Assembly (NCBI GenBank): GCA_965113315.1
Contig: OZ220365.1
Strand: one strand, 5' to 3'
Length of the DNA: 64,000 bases
Source: Podarcis vaucheri
Taxonomy: Eukaryota
This document shows positions 13,190-25,363 of the stretch, piece by piece (the stretch's first letter is position 1; every line of letters starts with the position of its first letter). Below the pieces are notes generated by a model, which was given only the letters and a program-made list of their open reading frames with translations, did no database searches and was not told the origin of the DNA. The position numbers and the translations under genes were made by a program.

Positions 13190-13458
13190 GAAGAAGAAGA
13201 AGAAGAGGAGGAGGAGGAGTAGTTTGGATTTGATATCCCGCTTTATCATTACCCTAAGGAGTCTCAAAGTGGCTAACAATCTCCTTTTCCCTTCCTCCCC
13301 CACAACAAACAGTCTGTGAGGTGAGTGGGGCTGAGAGACTTCAGAGAAGTGTGACTAGCCCAAGGTCACCCAGCAGCTGCATGTGGAGGAGCGGGGACGC
13401 GAACCCAGTTCACCAGATTACAAGTCCACCGCTCTTAACCACTACACCACGCTGGCTC
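13190..13458 (-). mobile_element. Squam3-type tRNA SINE with (CTT/CTC)n tail
   Basis: Minus strand GAGCCAGCGTGGTGTAGTGGTTAAGAGC head, CTGGGTGACCTTGGGCTAGTCAC core, GGGATATCAAATCCAAACT end; four similar copies in the window. Confidence 0.9.
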
Positions 13459-13691
13459 TACCACCAGGCAGCAGGAGTTGTGGTGAGCAGAAATGACACT
13501 ATCATCAGCAATGGGCAGCTGGGAGATGTCAGGGACTGGGTGGATGAGGAAGAGTGATAGGAACCGCCCACCCAAGAGCCTCCCAGGGAGGGTACAGAAG
13601 AGGGAGGGTACAGAAGACTTAGATCCTGGTGGTAGGACACTGGGCAGCAGTCTGGGGAAAGGAGAACCTGTGGATCTCTAGATGTTGTCAG

Positions 13692-14134
13692 TGTTAGAAT
13701 TCCTGCTCCGTGATTGCAGTCATGGGATTGTTGTCTTTCACATCACGGTGTATGTTTTGACTCCACAAAGTGGGAAGTGATGGAGACAGGATGTTTGTGT
13801 TACTGTGTTCCGTGAAGTCGGACTATTGTCCTTTGTTCTTTCTCTTTGCTGTCTGATGCTAGAGAGATAGGGAGCCATGTTGCAGTGCTCCGTGTGTTTA
13901 TATGTAAATAAAGTAGATTAGCCAAAATGCTGAGTTGCTGAGGTCTGTTACACAAAGTGCAAACACTCTGCGGATCCCTAAGTGTGCTGGTGTCTGTTGG
14001 CATCGGTCGCTGTGATGTTTGGGCTGAAGAAAGCTTTTGAAGCTCCTAAATGATCAACCAGGAGGGAGAGAACATGCCAGTCAGGCATGTGTCTCTACCA
14101 GGGTCCCACTCGAGTTTAGGATGAGCTCCTGACA
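13692..14134 (+). mobile_element. Solo LTR (Gypsy-like, 443 bp) inside a small hAT-like MITE
   Basis: TGTTAG...CTGACA termini, internal AATAAA, perfect 5-bp TSD GTCAG at 13687-13691 and 14135-14139. Confidence 0.85.
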
Positions 14135-17100
14135 GTCAGACCCTGACTCCAACCATCCCCAGACATCACAGTCAGTGATCACAGGTGGTGAAGGTTGTAG
14201 CCCAACCATACCTAAAGGGCCAGAAGTTGCTCATCCCTGATTTAAATTCTCTCTAAAAGAGTTGTAGCATCCTTCATTCTATGGTTAAATAGTGGCATGA
14301 GCACCATCTGTTAGGCAGACTCCAGTTGACTATCTTTGTGGTTGTTGTTTTTTTTGGGGGGTGTCTTAGGATTCCATTTCTAGCAGACTACTAGCCATCA
14401 TGTATTCAAGGCTGCTGTTTCCATCTCTGCAATGCAAAGCTCTTATGGGTGGTCCGACATAGCATTTTAACAGGTTTCTCTGTGGTCCAGAAGGGGCTGG
14501 CTAGGAAGGGCTGCAGCACTCTGAAGTCTTGTTTATTAAATAAATGTGTCTGCTTGATAAAATGGCTTCCCCTGGCTTTGACAAAAATGATCAATGAAGC
14601 TCATTTCTTACAGCAGCAAATTCTGATGAAATTCTCAGCCTAATCCACCTAATATCATTTACTCCACTGGAATTCATGTGCTTTTAAAACATCCTGTCAA
14701 TTAAATGCATTTCATCAAAGGAGTGCATGTATTTCTGGTGACAAAGTGATTTGGTCAACAAAATACAGCTTGGAACTTGTACAAAAAAAATTACTTACTG
14801 GGGTGGAGGGAGAGAGAGAGAGAAGCAGATGTCAGTGAACAGAAATTATAGCGGTATCAAATCCACCCCCCTGGATGCAGCAGTGAGAGAGAGAAGGTGG
14901 GTTTGTGTTTTCTAGAAGATTGTATAGTGTTTCACATACATTATCTCAGTCATCCTTAGCGTGTGTCTGTAAAAATCTCAGTATTCTCATGAGCATACTC
15001 CATCCAGATTTTCAGGGTGTGTGTGTGTGAGAAGAGTTGTGTCTTTAAGAATAGGGCCTTTTAGTTTGTGACTGGGCCAAAATTAGCAAGTCCTTCCTCC
15101 TGCATCAAGTGACAGAGCTATCGGGGCAACTTTTCTGTGGCTGGACTGTGTTTACTAGAAAGACAACCCTGTGCTTTTATAGAAATATGTTCACTCCCAC
15201 ATTACTAGTTGAGGCCCAACCAATGGGGAGTAGCAGCCACTACCATCCATAACTTGCTTATGTTTTAGGAAGGCCCGTAGTGCAGTTTTCACCATATGGG
15301 TCCCCATTTGGTGTGTGTTGAGGTATGCATGATACTGAAAAGACATGCTTGCTTGAAGGAGCCCACTAGCCTACAGTGTCTCTCAAACTTGGGTCTCCAG
15401 CTGTTGTTCCCAACATCCCTGGCTAGGAAGACCTGTGGTCAGGGATGATGGGAGCTGTAGTCCGACAACAGCAGGAGACTCAAGTCTGAGAAACACTCAC
15501 CCATCCAAGCCACTTATGTCCAACGGTGACCCAGAAAGGCATTTCAGCCTGCTAAACCTTAGAACAGAAGTGGAGGACATATTTTTTAAGCTCAAGGTCC
15601 ATATTCCTTTCTTTGTAACCTGTCAGGGGCCACATGCCAGAGGCAAAAGTGGTCAGAGTAAATGAACGTAAATTTTACCTTTGTACAATAGAGTAGTTTC
15701 TACACAACCCCTACCCACACCTCTAGGCAAACAAGGATGACTGGGATAATGTGTGTGAAACACTCTGAACACTGGAGAGATGCTGTGTAAATGGTTTGAA
15801 GACAAACAATGCCATCACTATGCTGAAGTGTAGCAGGTTTGCATTCGGCTGGTGTCCGGATGGGAGATGACTTGGGTACCCAATGTTTAGCCTTCCTAAG
15901 GAGGAAAAGGAGGGTATAAATATATAAATATCTCTACCTCCTCAGGAACTAACTCTGCTTTGTTCCTCCCCCCTAAAAAACCGTTCAAAGTTATCATTAA
16001 TGTGCAACCAGCAATTCTTAAAAAAACAAAAAACAGAACTGTGTGTGAAAGTTGGCTTTGGGTTTGCTTGTGTTCTTCAGGAACAATTTTTCTGAAGCCA
16101 GCAAAGTTACAATGTCAGCATGCAGGAGGTCAGGACAGTCTTTGGACTGCTCTTGCCATTACTTAATGCAACGTTTGCTGTTTTCCTGCATCATTTACAA
16201 TGATGTATAGTTTTAAGAAGAATGGCTGTCAGTCCATCTGTTACAGTGAACCCCATCCTTAGCTACCGCCTTAGGTTCTTAACTGCTATTGTAATTCCGA
16301 AACCTTTGAGCAGTGCTTACTGTTATGGGTTTAGAACAGAGGCTATAAATTGCTCTGTGTCACTGGAAAAGGAATGCGGAAGTTCTCCTCTGTTCCAACT
16401 TGGTGGTGCATTGTCTAAAGTACACTTGGCGAATGGGGTTTACACATTTAAGTAATGATTGTCCAGGAACGAAATTAAATCATTCTCACTTCTCCTTGCG
16501 CTGAGGCACATGAATTGGAACGGTAATAAAAGAAGAATCTCATCAACTAACCACTGGCCACCAAAGTCATTTGTCTGTTATTGATCCACAGCATAATTTA
16601 ATGGCGTGGAAAGCAGCTACAAACAGAGTCTTTTGTTCCTCTCGCTAGGTTAGGAAAGCCTTTGAATGTACTTGTTGGGTGGGGGAGCGTGGAAAGGCAA
16701 GGTTAAAGCAGTCCTTTGTAATTTTTAAAAAACAGGTTCCCTCACAGTTCTTTTGAGAGTTGGCACACATGCTGTGACTTACTGTAACTTACATCCTAAC
16801 TTCTACTGAAGGGAAGCTAGAAATATCATATTATACACATAAATGTTAAGCAATCTGCCCCCCTCCCCTCTCTCTGCAGCTGTTCATCTCAACTGTTTCA
16901 TTTTGTTATGAATCCTGGATCAGGAACAAGGTATGCAAAAGATTATAGCTTCAGTGAAAGAACAATCTAGAGCTAAACCTGTTAAGTATAATTTTGGTTT
17001 AATTGACACAGAAATGGAAAATGTATGTGTGTTAATGAAGGCTTAAAATGGAAAATAGCTAAATGTGTATTGCTAACATTGGGATTTTTCCACAGTAGTT

Positions 17101-17243
17101 TTTCTAAGGGACTTTAAGCTCCTAAATGGGTTGATGATTACCTGTTTTCTGTTACTCTAAACTGTTGTAACCTTAAATCAGGTGACAATGGCATTGAGTT
17201 GCAAATTCACCATCTTGAAAGGGTGGTGGCTGATAGTCTTTCA

Positions 17244-17333
17244 GGTATCTGAAGAAGTGTGCATGCACACGAAAGCTTATACCAAGAACTAACTTAGTTG
17301 GTCTTTAAGGTGCTACAGGAAGGAATTTTTTTA
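17244..17333 (+). mobile_element. Penelope-like element terminal fragment with minimal hammerhead ribozyme motif
   Basis: GGTAT-CTGAAGA-A-GTGTGCATGCACAC-GAAA-GC-TT-ATACC; same sequence as 39920-40005; flanking repeat TTTCAGG. Confidence 0.8.
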
Positions 17334-19495
17334 TTTCAGGGAACAGAAGATGTAAATGAAGCTCTCAAGGGAACCAGCTCCAGGGAAATGGATGCTGTTA
17401 AAGAAAGAGAGAAAGACCTCTGCTTCTAGGTCTGTTTTGGATTGTTTCATATTTTCTAAGATGCTGAGCCTGTGACAAGACATTGTATGGATATGTTGGT
17501 TGTATCTTTGATACTTATGTCCTGTTCTTGAAGAGTTCTGCAAGTAAAAGTTTAAATAATAGTTTTATGGGCCTGGACAATGATTTCAGAGAGCCTGGTT
17601 TGGACAACTTCTTATTTTATTTATTTTTAATTGCATTCATATCCTGCCTGCTTGCCTGCCTTCCATCAGGGAGCCCAAGGCAGGATTACATGTAGTTCCC
17701 GGGCTATTCCCCAGCGCCAGGCACTGTCCAGACCTGCTTAGCTTCAGCAAGGTGGTGGCTTCACCTGCATTCAGAGAATAGTGAGTGGCACTGCTGGGAG
17801 GCAGCTGATAGGGATGAGGGGGAAACTCCATTCAGTTCACAATTACAGCTGAATCTGGCAAATTTGCAATTTCTGAAATGAGATGACACCTGAAACACAG
17901 CCATCCTTCAAAATCTGCACTTACCGTTACTGGACGCAAGTACAGATCTACTTTATTTTTCCTGTAAAATATAACCTCATGGGATGTCACAAAACGGTCC
18001 TTTAAGGGGATGCCAGTTGCAGCTGCTGCAATTGTGACCCAATGCAAGCACAACAGACTTTTTGTGCCCAGTTCTCTCATTTGCTACCTGAGCTCAGCAT
18101 CCTCCGCTTTGCAAGAAAGGAAATCGTTTCTATAGGTAAAATTGTATGGGAGGAGGGCATGCCAGGGAGGAGATAATTAAATCCGCCAACTATAAGGCAA
18201 GAAGTGATGAAGCTCAAGCAAGCTTCCTTGGGGAGACTGTTCCATGACAGTGGTATAGCTACTGAGAAGGCACTGAGAAGGCCTTTGCGACTTGCAAAAA
18301 AACAGCTACCCCATCATGACATGATAATGATAAAACCACGATCCTAACAGCCCTTGGGGGGCGTATCTGACCAGTGTGACAACTACTCTAGAAATCCTGC
18401 ATGCTTTTGACTCCTCATCTTGCAAGACTTAAAACCTGACTGCTCCTTCTGTTCCATTAGTTAGTTAGTGTCAGCTTTACTTTTAAGCTGAAGTAGCGGA
18501 GGTGTGCCACAACCCCCCCCCCCACAAGGTTACTTCTGAAATTTATGGCTGGTGTCATCATTTACTGGCAGGGAATTAAAAAGGGGAGGGGGAAAGAAGA
18601 AGAAATCAACCTTGGCCTGTTTTGCCACAGACAAATCTATCTATAGCTAAAAATGTGCAGAACCCATAAAAGGGATTTTGCCTGCATAACCTGCAGCTAT
18701 AAATCCCAGCTGGCTGTAGTACCTTGGCACAACGGCTAAGTGATACGTGCAGCCCTCTGGGCTTAAAATGGAGGCCTTTGGGGGAAAGGCGGGGGTGGGG
18801 GGGACTTGCTGAGTTGGTGCATTAATAAATACAAACACAAGGATCTCGTTGGAAGGATTTAAGCAGCAGAGCATGGCAGGAACCCGTGGCGAGTGGCGCT
18901 TGAGCGACAGGCAGTGAGTTTTGATTGAAAACGGGCTATTAATGGATATAATTAAGACACAGTTTCAGTTTAAAGATGAACTGGCCGTAGAGCAGCAAAT
19001 TGTGGAGCACTTATCCTGCTGAGCCATGTAATCAGGGAATGAAGTTGTAATTGTGGCTCTCCTTGTTTTGCTTCTGCCAGAGAAGAGGATATAGGATTCA
19101 ATTTAACAAACAATTTGCCACATGGGTCACCCCTGCTGAGTGGCAAAGCGAACCTTTCTCGGATCTTTTTTCTTCTCCCCGGCATTTCTGCAGCTTTTAA
19201 AACCTGTTACATACAGAGTGACTCATGCAAGATGAAAGCCACGGCAAGGTTACCTGTAGTTCTCAGAAAAAGAACCAAGCGGGGTCTCCTCATCAACACT
19301 TGCCTCCCCTCCCTATTATTTTCAATTTCTAGATCAGCTCCTTGACTGCCCTGCAGCAAACTGGACTCTGGAAAGAACTGACTACTTGCAAACAGTCTCT
19401 CCTTTAGAGACTAAAGTTTCGCATTTTGTGCCTTCTTTGCTATTCCTCAGACACACAGTCTAACAGTGCAACCCAATACAAGGTACTGAGAAGTA

Positions 19496-19850
19496 AAAAA
19501 AGGTAAAGGACCCCTGGACAGTTAAGTCCAGTCAAATGCAACTGTGGGGTTGTGGCGCTCATCTTGCTTTCAGGCCAAGGAAGCTGGTGTTTGTCCACAG
19601 ATAGCTTTTCGGGTCCTGTGGCCAGCGCAGCGGGACACCGTGGCGGAAAACAGAGTGGATGGAAATGGCGTTTACCTTCCCACCACAGTGATACCTATTT
19701 ATCTACTTGCACTGGTGTGCTTTCAAACTGCTAGGTTGGCAGGAGCAGGGACAGAACAACGGGAGCTCACCCCATCGCGGGGATTCGAACCGCCAACCTT
19801 CTGATCGGCAAGCCCAAGAGGCTCAGTGGTTTAGACCACAGCACCACCTT
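19496..19850 (-). mobile_element. Sauria SINE
   Basis: Sauria sequence; perfect 12-bp TSD TACTGAGAAGTA at 19484-19495 and 19851-19862. Confidence 0.95.
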
Positions 19851-20629
19851 TACTGAGAAGTACACCCTGCTGAGTTCAATGGGACTTCCCCCAGGTGAGC
19901 AAGCATTTAGGATTGCAGCCACAGAGGGCATAATTTGCAACAAATCCTGGTGTCTGGAAGCTGGCATCCAAAACTTCATTATCACTTCAGAACTTGCTTT
20001 CAACCACATGCCGATCATTGTAAAAAGGTAAAGAGACCCCTGACCAGTAGGTCCAGTCGTGGCCGACTCTGGGGTTGCGGCGCTCATCTCACTTTATTGG
20101 CTGAGGCAGCCGGCGTACAGCTTCCAGGTCATGTGGCCAGCATGACTAAGCTGCTTCTGGCGAACCAGAGCAGCGCACAGAAACTCTGTTTACCTTCCCG
20201 CTGGAGTGGACCCTATTCATCTACTTGCACTTTTACGTGCTTTTGAACTGCTAGGTTGGCAGGAGCAGGGACCGAGCAACGGGAGCTCACCCCGTCACGG
20301 CGATTCGAACCGCCTACCTTCTGATCGGCACGTCCTAGGCTCTGTGGTTTAACTCACAGCGCCACCTGTGTCCCTGTACGGTCACTGTACTCAGGGTCAA
20401 TTCACTCGACCTGCGTACCCAAGGCCCACCCACTTGCTTTCAATTCAAGCTCAAAATGTGCTGCTCATCATAGGTGAGTCAGTTGTGTGACCAAGAAAGG
20501 AGACACAAAGGAAGGAAATAGGGAGGTAGACGGAAGTAAAAGGCTATATGGATTGTGACCCAGATTGTATAACACACATTCATTTGTCCAGGTTTTGTAG
20601 CTGGACCAATTTGTAAGCTCAGGATGAGT
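19851..20629 (-). repeat. Right (probably ancestral) copy of the inverted duplication, interrupted by a second SINE
   Basis: Reverse-complement match to 1007-1420. Confidence 0.95.
20023..20374 (-). mobile_element. Sauria SINE, full length
   Basis: GGGAC head to ACCTTT tail on minus strand; diverged TSD CGATCATTGTA / CGGTCACTGTA. Confidence 0.95.
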
Positions 20630-23175
20630 AACAGAAGCAAAAAGAAGTTTCCCAGCAGACCTTTTCAACAAAAAGATAAACCTCACTGAAATTTCTCTGT
20701 TGACCCAAGCTTCAAAGGCCAACCCAAACAGGCAAAACTTACCATTCTAACAGTTGCCATACTTGGACTTGGGAAGAGAGTATGTGCAGTAAAGGAAATT
20801 TCGGTAATTGATGGGCAACACTCAAGAATGCTCCTCTCTGTACATTTGCTGCCTGAGCCTTCAGAGTAGACAAGTGTATGATTGTGAAGTAAGTTGTTGA
20901 TTTGCCATTGACTTTCTATGGAACACAGTTTCTCAGTGCCTCAGTTTCCCACCAGTAATACTGCTATCAGCATGAGGTATAGCCCATACATGTATTATTA
21001 TATATGAATTGCCTACCACTATGGCATAGGGTATCTTAGATAAGTCTTCAGAAAGCAGAGCTCTGAGAATTGGCTCACGCCAACCAACTGGAAAAGTAAA
21101 GCAGAGCGATTCCTGGTGCACCTCTTGGAAAATGGCTTCTGCCTGTTTTGACAGAAGTCAGTGTGAATCCCTTGATGTATCGTGCTTGTTATAAAGCCCT
21201 TACTCCATTTAATGCATTCCTGAAGCAAACACTCTGCAGTGAAAATAATCTTGTTATAATGAATCACAGAGATTTTAATGGGCATTTTGGTTTGGTTTTT
21301 TTTAAGAGGCCAACATCTGCTCTGCCTCTAAATTGGAGCCACAGAAAGGCCATGAGCACATTTCTTTTTTCTTTTTCATTTTATCACGAGCAACAAAACT
21401 AACAACCCAATGTTTTTAACCACCACTCCACCTACAAGATTGGTTAGTTAAATAGACAGTCAATCCATCCTTTAGAGAACTCTGCAAGTGGAAAGAATAA
21501 CAGCCCCTGCGCTTGCAAATAGGACTCTTGGCATCTTAGTTCTATTGCACCGAGTCTCCTACAGTATATACTGCTTAGAGACCACTGTAATTAAGCAGTA
21601 TATAAATTGTCAAATAAAAATAAACATATAGCCGAAAGGACCTTTAATGCTTTGGTGGGGATCTTCCAACTTGTGGGTCTAATTAGGTTCTCCAGATCTT
21701 CCAAGATCCGCCCACAAGGCTGTTTCAGCTCACCTAATCACACACAGCCCTTTCTACCTGGATCACTCCCTTATTGCTCCCCATTTTCCTCCTCTATTTC
21801 TTTCCCACTGCAAATCCATGATGAGGATTCCATCTCTTTACATTTCAGGCATGCTTGCTGTAATACAACCTCAAGTTCCCTAGTCTGGGGTGGGGGAGGA
21901 GGAAGGAAGAGCTTGAATTGCCAAAACAACTGTAGCAGAGACTTCCGCAGTGCTCCCAACACAATATGATGGGTGTTAGATGCCATCTAGAAGCTGGGTA
22001 AGAAGCAGCTTCTATATGCCTCAGAAAATTGACCATTCCATCTAATAAATGGGATAGCACTGCCTTCATCAATAACTGTAACACATTAGGGACTTGTCAG
22101 CTGGTTTTCCTGTGTTAAGAGTTTAAAATTCCCAAGCTCCTGCATTTCAGAGACATTTTTTGGGGGGTGGGGGAAGCAAGAAGAGGTAAGGGAACTTCCT
22201 GCTAGCCAGAGGACTGGTCCACACACAAGCAGGTACACAAGTTCTATCCACATTTTTCCATTTTGAGTTCAATCAAAAGTAGACCACACCAAAGTATATT
22301 TGATCTTGAGGCTATTAATGCCAAATTACTGTTTCCTGACCATGCCTGTGGTCATTACAAATGAGGTTGTCTCTGTATTGCCTTGCTTGGCTCCACCTTC
22401 TCATTACTTAACCACATGCCTTACATTCTGACCGGGACTGAGCATGCATACAGGTGTGGCTGTCTGTGAGTGCATGTAGCATTTTAAAAAACACATTACA
22501 GATTAGCACAAGATCATATACAGTACGCATATTATTATCCCAACATTGTCCCAAGTGATCACTGTTTCACTCATGCACAAATCTGCATGTCTATCCGTCC
22601 GTCCGTCCGTCCACTCACCCACCCACCCACCCTATATATTTTGGGAAGGAAGGAAGGAATTAAAGCTGTCATTCTGTGCCGGCTTACTTGGAAATATGCT
22701 ATATTGAACATGGTGGCACATGCTTCTGAATGGTACCTGAACATTTGAGCTACTAGGCTGAATGCATTGTTTTGTATAGCAAAGCCTTAAAGATGGCTAA
22801 CCAGAGAAGCAAGGGGTTTAAGCTCAATGACTTGTTCCCACCCACTCTTACATTGCCAGCCTTGTGTAAAAATGGTGTTGTGGTTTAAAAAGGTCATGGA
22901 AGTTTGCCCTCTGAGAAATGACTAGCATTTCTCAGAGGGCCTGCATATGTTCCTAACGGGAAGGGTTAGTTCCCTTTGGAACCCTTGAAGCTGGAGGGAA
23001 AGAATTTAACTCAATAAATTAACTTCCACTTTTTCTAGCCATTTGATAATTAAAGCAAAATAAAACAATAATAATAATTCATGCCTTCTTAACTATCACT
23101 CTTTTGCTCAGTCATTTTTTGAAAACGTTTTACTTAACAAAATGTATATGCTGCTCACTAGACCTGGAGGCATAT

Positions 23176-23545
23176 GGGACACGGGTGGCGTTGTGGTCTA
23201 AACCACAGAGCCTAGGACTTGCCGATCAGAAGGTCAGCAGTTCGAATCCCCACGGCGGGGTGAGCTCCCGTTGCTCGGTCCCTGCTCCTGCCAACCTAGC
23301 AGTTCAAAAGCACGCCAGTGCAAGTAGATAAATAGGTACTGCTCCTGTGGGAAGGTAAATGGTGTTTCCGTGTGCTGCTCTGGTTTGCCAGAAGCGGCTT
23401 AGTCATGCTGCCCACATGACCTGGAAAAACTGTCTGCGGACAAACGCCATCTCCCTCGGCCTTTAAAGAGAGATGAGCACTGCAACCCCTTAGTCGCCTT
23501 TGACTAGACTTAACCGCCCAGGGGTCCTTTACCTTTACCTTTTCC
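23176..23545 (+). mobile_element. Sauria SINE, full length
   Basis: GGGACACGGGTGGCG head, ACCTTT tail, 12-bp TSD GACCTGGAGGCA. Confidence 0.97.
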
Positions 23546-23632
23546 GACCTGGAGGCAGTTTACAGTAGGCAGTCTGAAGTATTCATTAAAAAAAATAACA
23601 ACAAATAAAAAGTGATGTTGGATACGATTCAA

Positions 23633-24549
23633 CCAGGGGTTTTTTCAGCTGGAACTTTCCAGAACTCAGTTCCGGCACCTCTCAGGCGGTTGCCATTGCC
23701 ATTCTAAGAGAACGAGGGAGGCATTCATGCTGTAGCATAGCTCGGAGGGGGGCACACTGGGTGGCCACTTACCGTGGAGGCAGCACTTACCATGGTTCCT
23801 GCAGCACACCTGAGCCACATGTCTGTCCTGGGAGTGATGCAGTGGCTCACTCACCTACAGGGACCACACCACCTGAAAAGTCTGCATGGGGCTCGTGTCT
23901 GCCGTCTGCCTCCCGCTTCGCCACCCTGAAGCTGAGGGGGAGGCGGTGGGTGGATGCATGCCCCACATCACCTTTTTGGGCAGTGCAGAGTGTCTGCAAC
24001 TGGGGGGAGGTGGTGGGCGGAGCGGACTCCATGCAGGCTCCAGCTCCGTGCAGCTTTGCCCGTTAGGATATAGTTCCATTTCACCTTAAAAGGAGCAGGC
24101 ATGGCTGGTGTGTCACATGCCTGTTTACTTCCAGCTCTTGCTGGGAACTTCCGTTTTGTGTTACTGCTGTTTTGCTGGACACGAAGGCAAGCAGACATGT
24201 TTTCCTTTGTTCCTGAGCTATACTGAATAAAAAGCTGTACATTTTGCTTGCACATTTCTCTGTCCGCCTCTTCTGCTGTGAGGTGATTTACACACTCTGC
24301 TGACAGAGTGTGCGCGGGTCTCTAAACGTATCTGAGGCTCGTGTCGCTGACTGACTGATGCTGTTCCGCGGGAGACCGGTGATCGTCTGGAGCCAGCTGG
24401 GGGCCTGCCTGATGCCCCCATCTCGCCGGCAGTATCCCAACAGCCCCGCCCCATGGGTACCTACACTACCCACGGCACCTGAGCAGCTAGCTACGCCGCT
24501 GCATTCGTGGTGAGTTCCGGCACCTCTTTTTGTAGAAAAATAGCACTGC
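23633..24549. mobile_element. Small MITE-like element interrupted by a hAT-like insert (about 23730-24500)
   Basis: AGTTCCGGCACCTCT motif on both sides; termini CAGGGGTTTTTT / AAAAATAGCACTG; insert flanked by CATTCATG / CATTCGTG. Confidence 0.6.
24061..24442 (+). mobile_element. Probable solo LTR (Gypsy-like)
   Basis: (C)GTTAGGATA...TATCCCAACA inverted termini, AATAAA at about 24226, GCCC on both flanks. Confidence 0.65.
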
Positions 24550-24692
24550 ATTCAGCTGAAGTCTTCTGTTAGCAGAAGCCCTGGGCAAGGACTTCTGACT
24601 GTGAAATGGAGCCCACCCCTCCTTTCCCCATGTGCATTTGGCTTTGGTCACAAGAGTCCTCAGAATAGTGCATGGTGGAGAGGAGAGGGGTA

Positions 24693-25363
24693 CCGTATTT
24701 TTCGCTCCATAACACACACTTTTTTCTTCCTAAAAAGTAAGGGGAAATGTTTGTGTGTCTTATGGAGCGAATGCATGGTCCCTGGATCCAAATTGCCCAG
24801 GGGCAAAAAGCAGATCATGCTTTTTTTCTTTCTTTTTTTTTTTGAAAGAGGGAAGTGGGTATTGAAACAAAGCCGCTGATCGTTTGCGATCGGGGAGTGA
24901 GATAAGGGATGCTAGAGATAAAGGAGGCTGCCTGGGAAGGGGGAGGTGAAGACAGCAAACTTGCAAAGGGGGGGGGACAGGAAGGCTAAAGCAATAAGGA
25001 GAGAAATTAGAAGAAAATGAGGAGCAAAAAACTGCTCCAGCTAAGGAAAAGATAATACGCTAAGGCAAACAAGAGGGAAGGGAGTGCTGAAAGGAAACAG
25101 CTGATCAGTGGGGTCAGAAGAGAGATAAGGGACGCTAGTGGAGGCTGCCTGGGAGGGGGGAGGTAAAAGCCCATGGATCTGCAGGATTTTTGCATTGGGT
25201 CACCCCAAATTCACCATCAGATCACATGTCTGTGGTCACAGCATGAACCACAAAAATCATACATCCACCATTTCCTTCAGAATATTTTTTTTCTTGCTTT
25301 CCTCCTCTAAAAAACTAGGTGCGTCTTATGGTCAGGTGCGTCTTATGGAACGAAAAAATATGG
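24693..25363 (+). mobile_element. Non-autonomous Tc1/mariner (Tc2/pogo-like) element, CCGTATTTT TIR family
   Basis: TA-CCGTATTTTTCGCTCCATAA ... TTATGGAACGAAAAAATATGG-TA; relatives at 43292 and 52168. Confidence 0.85.
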
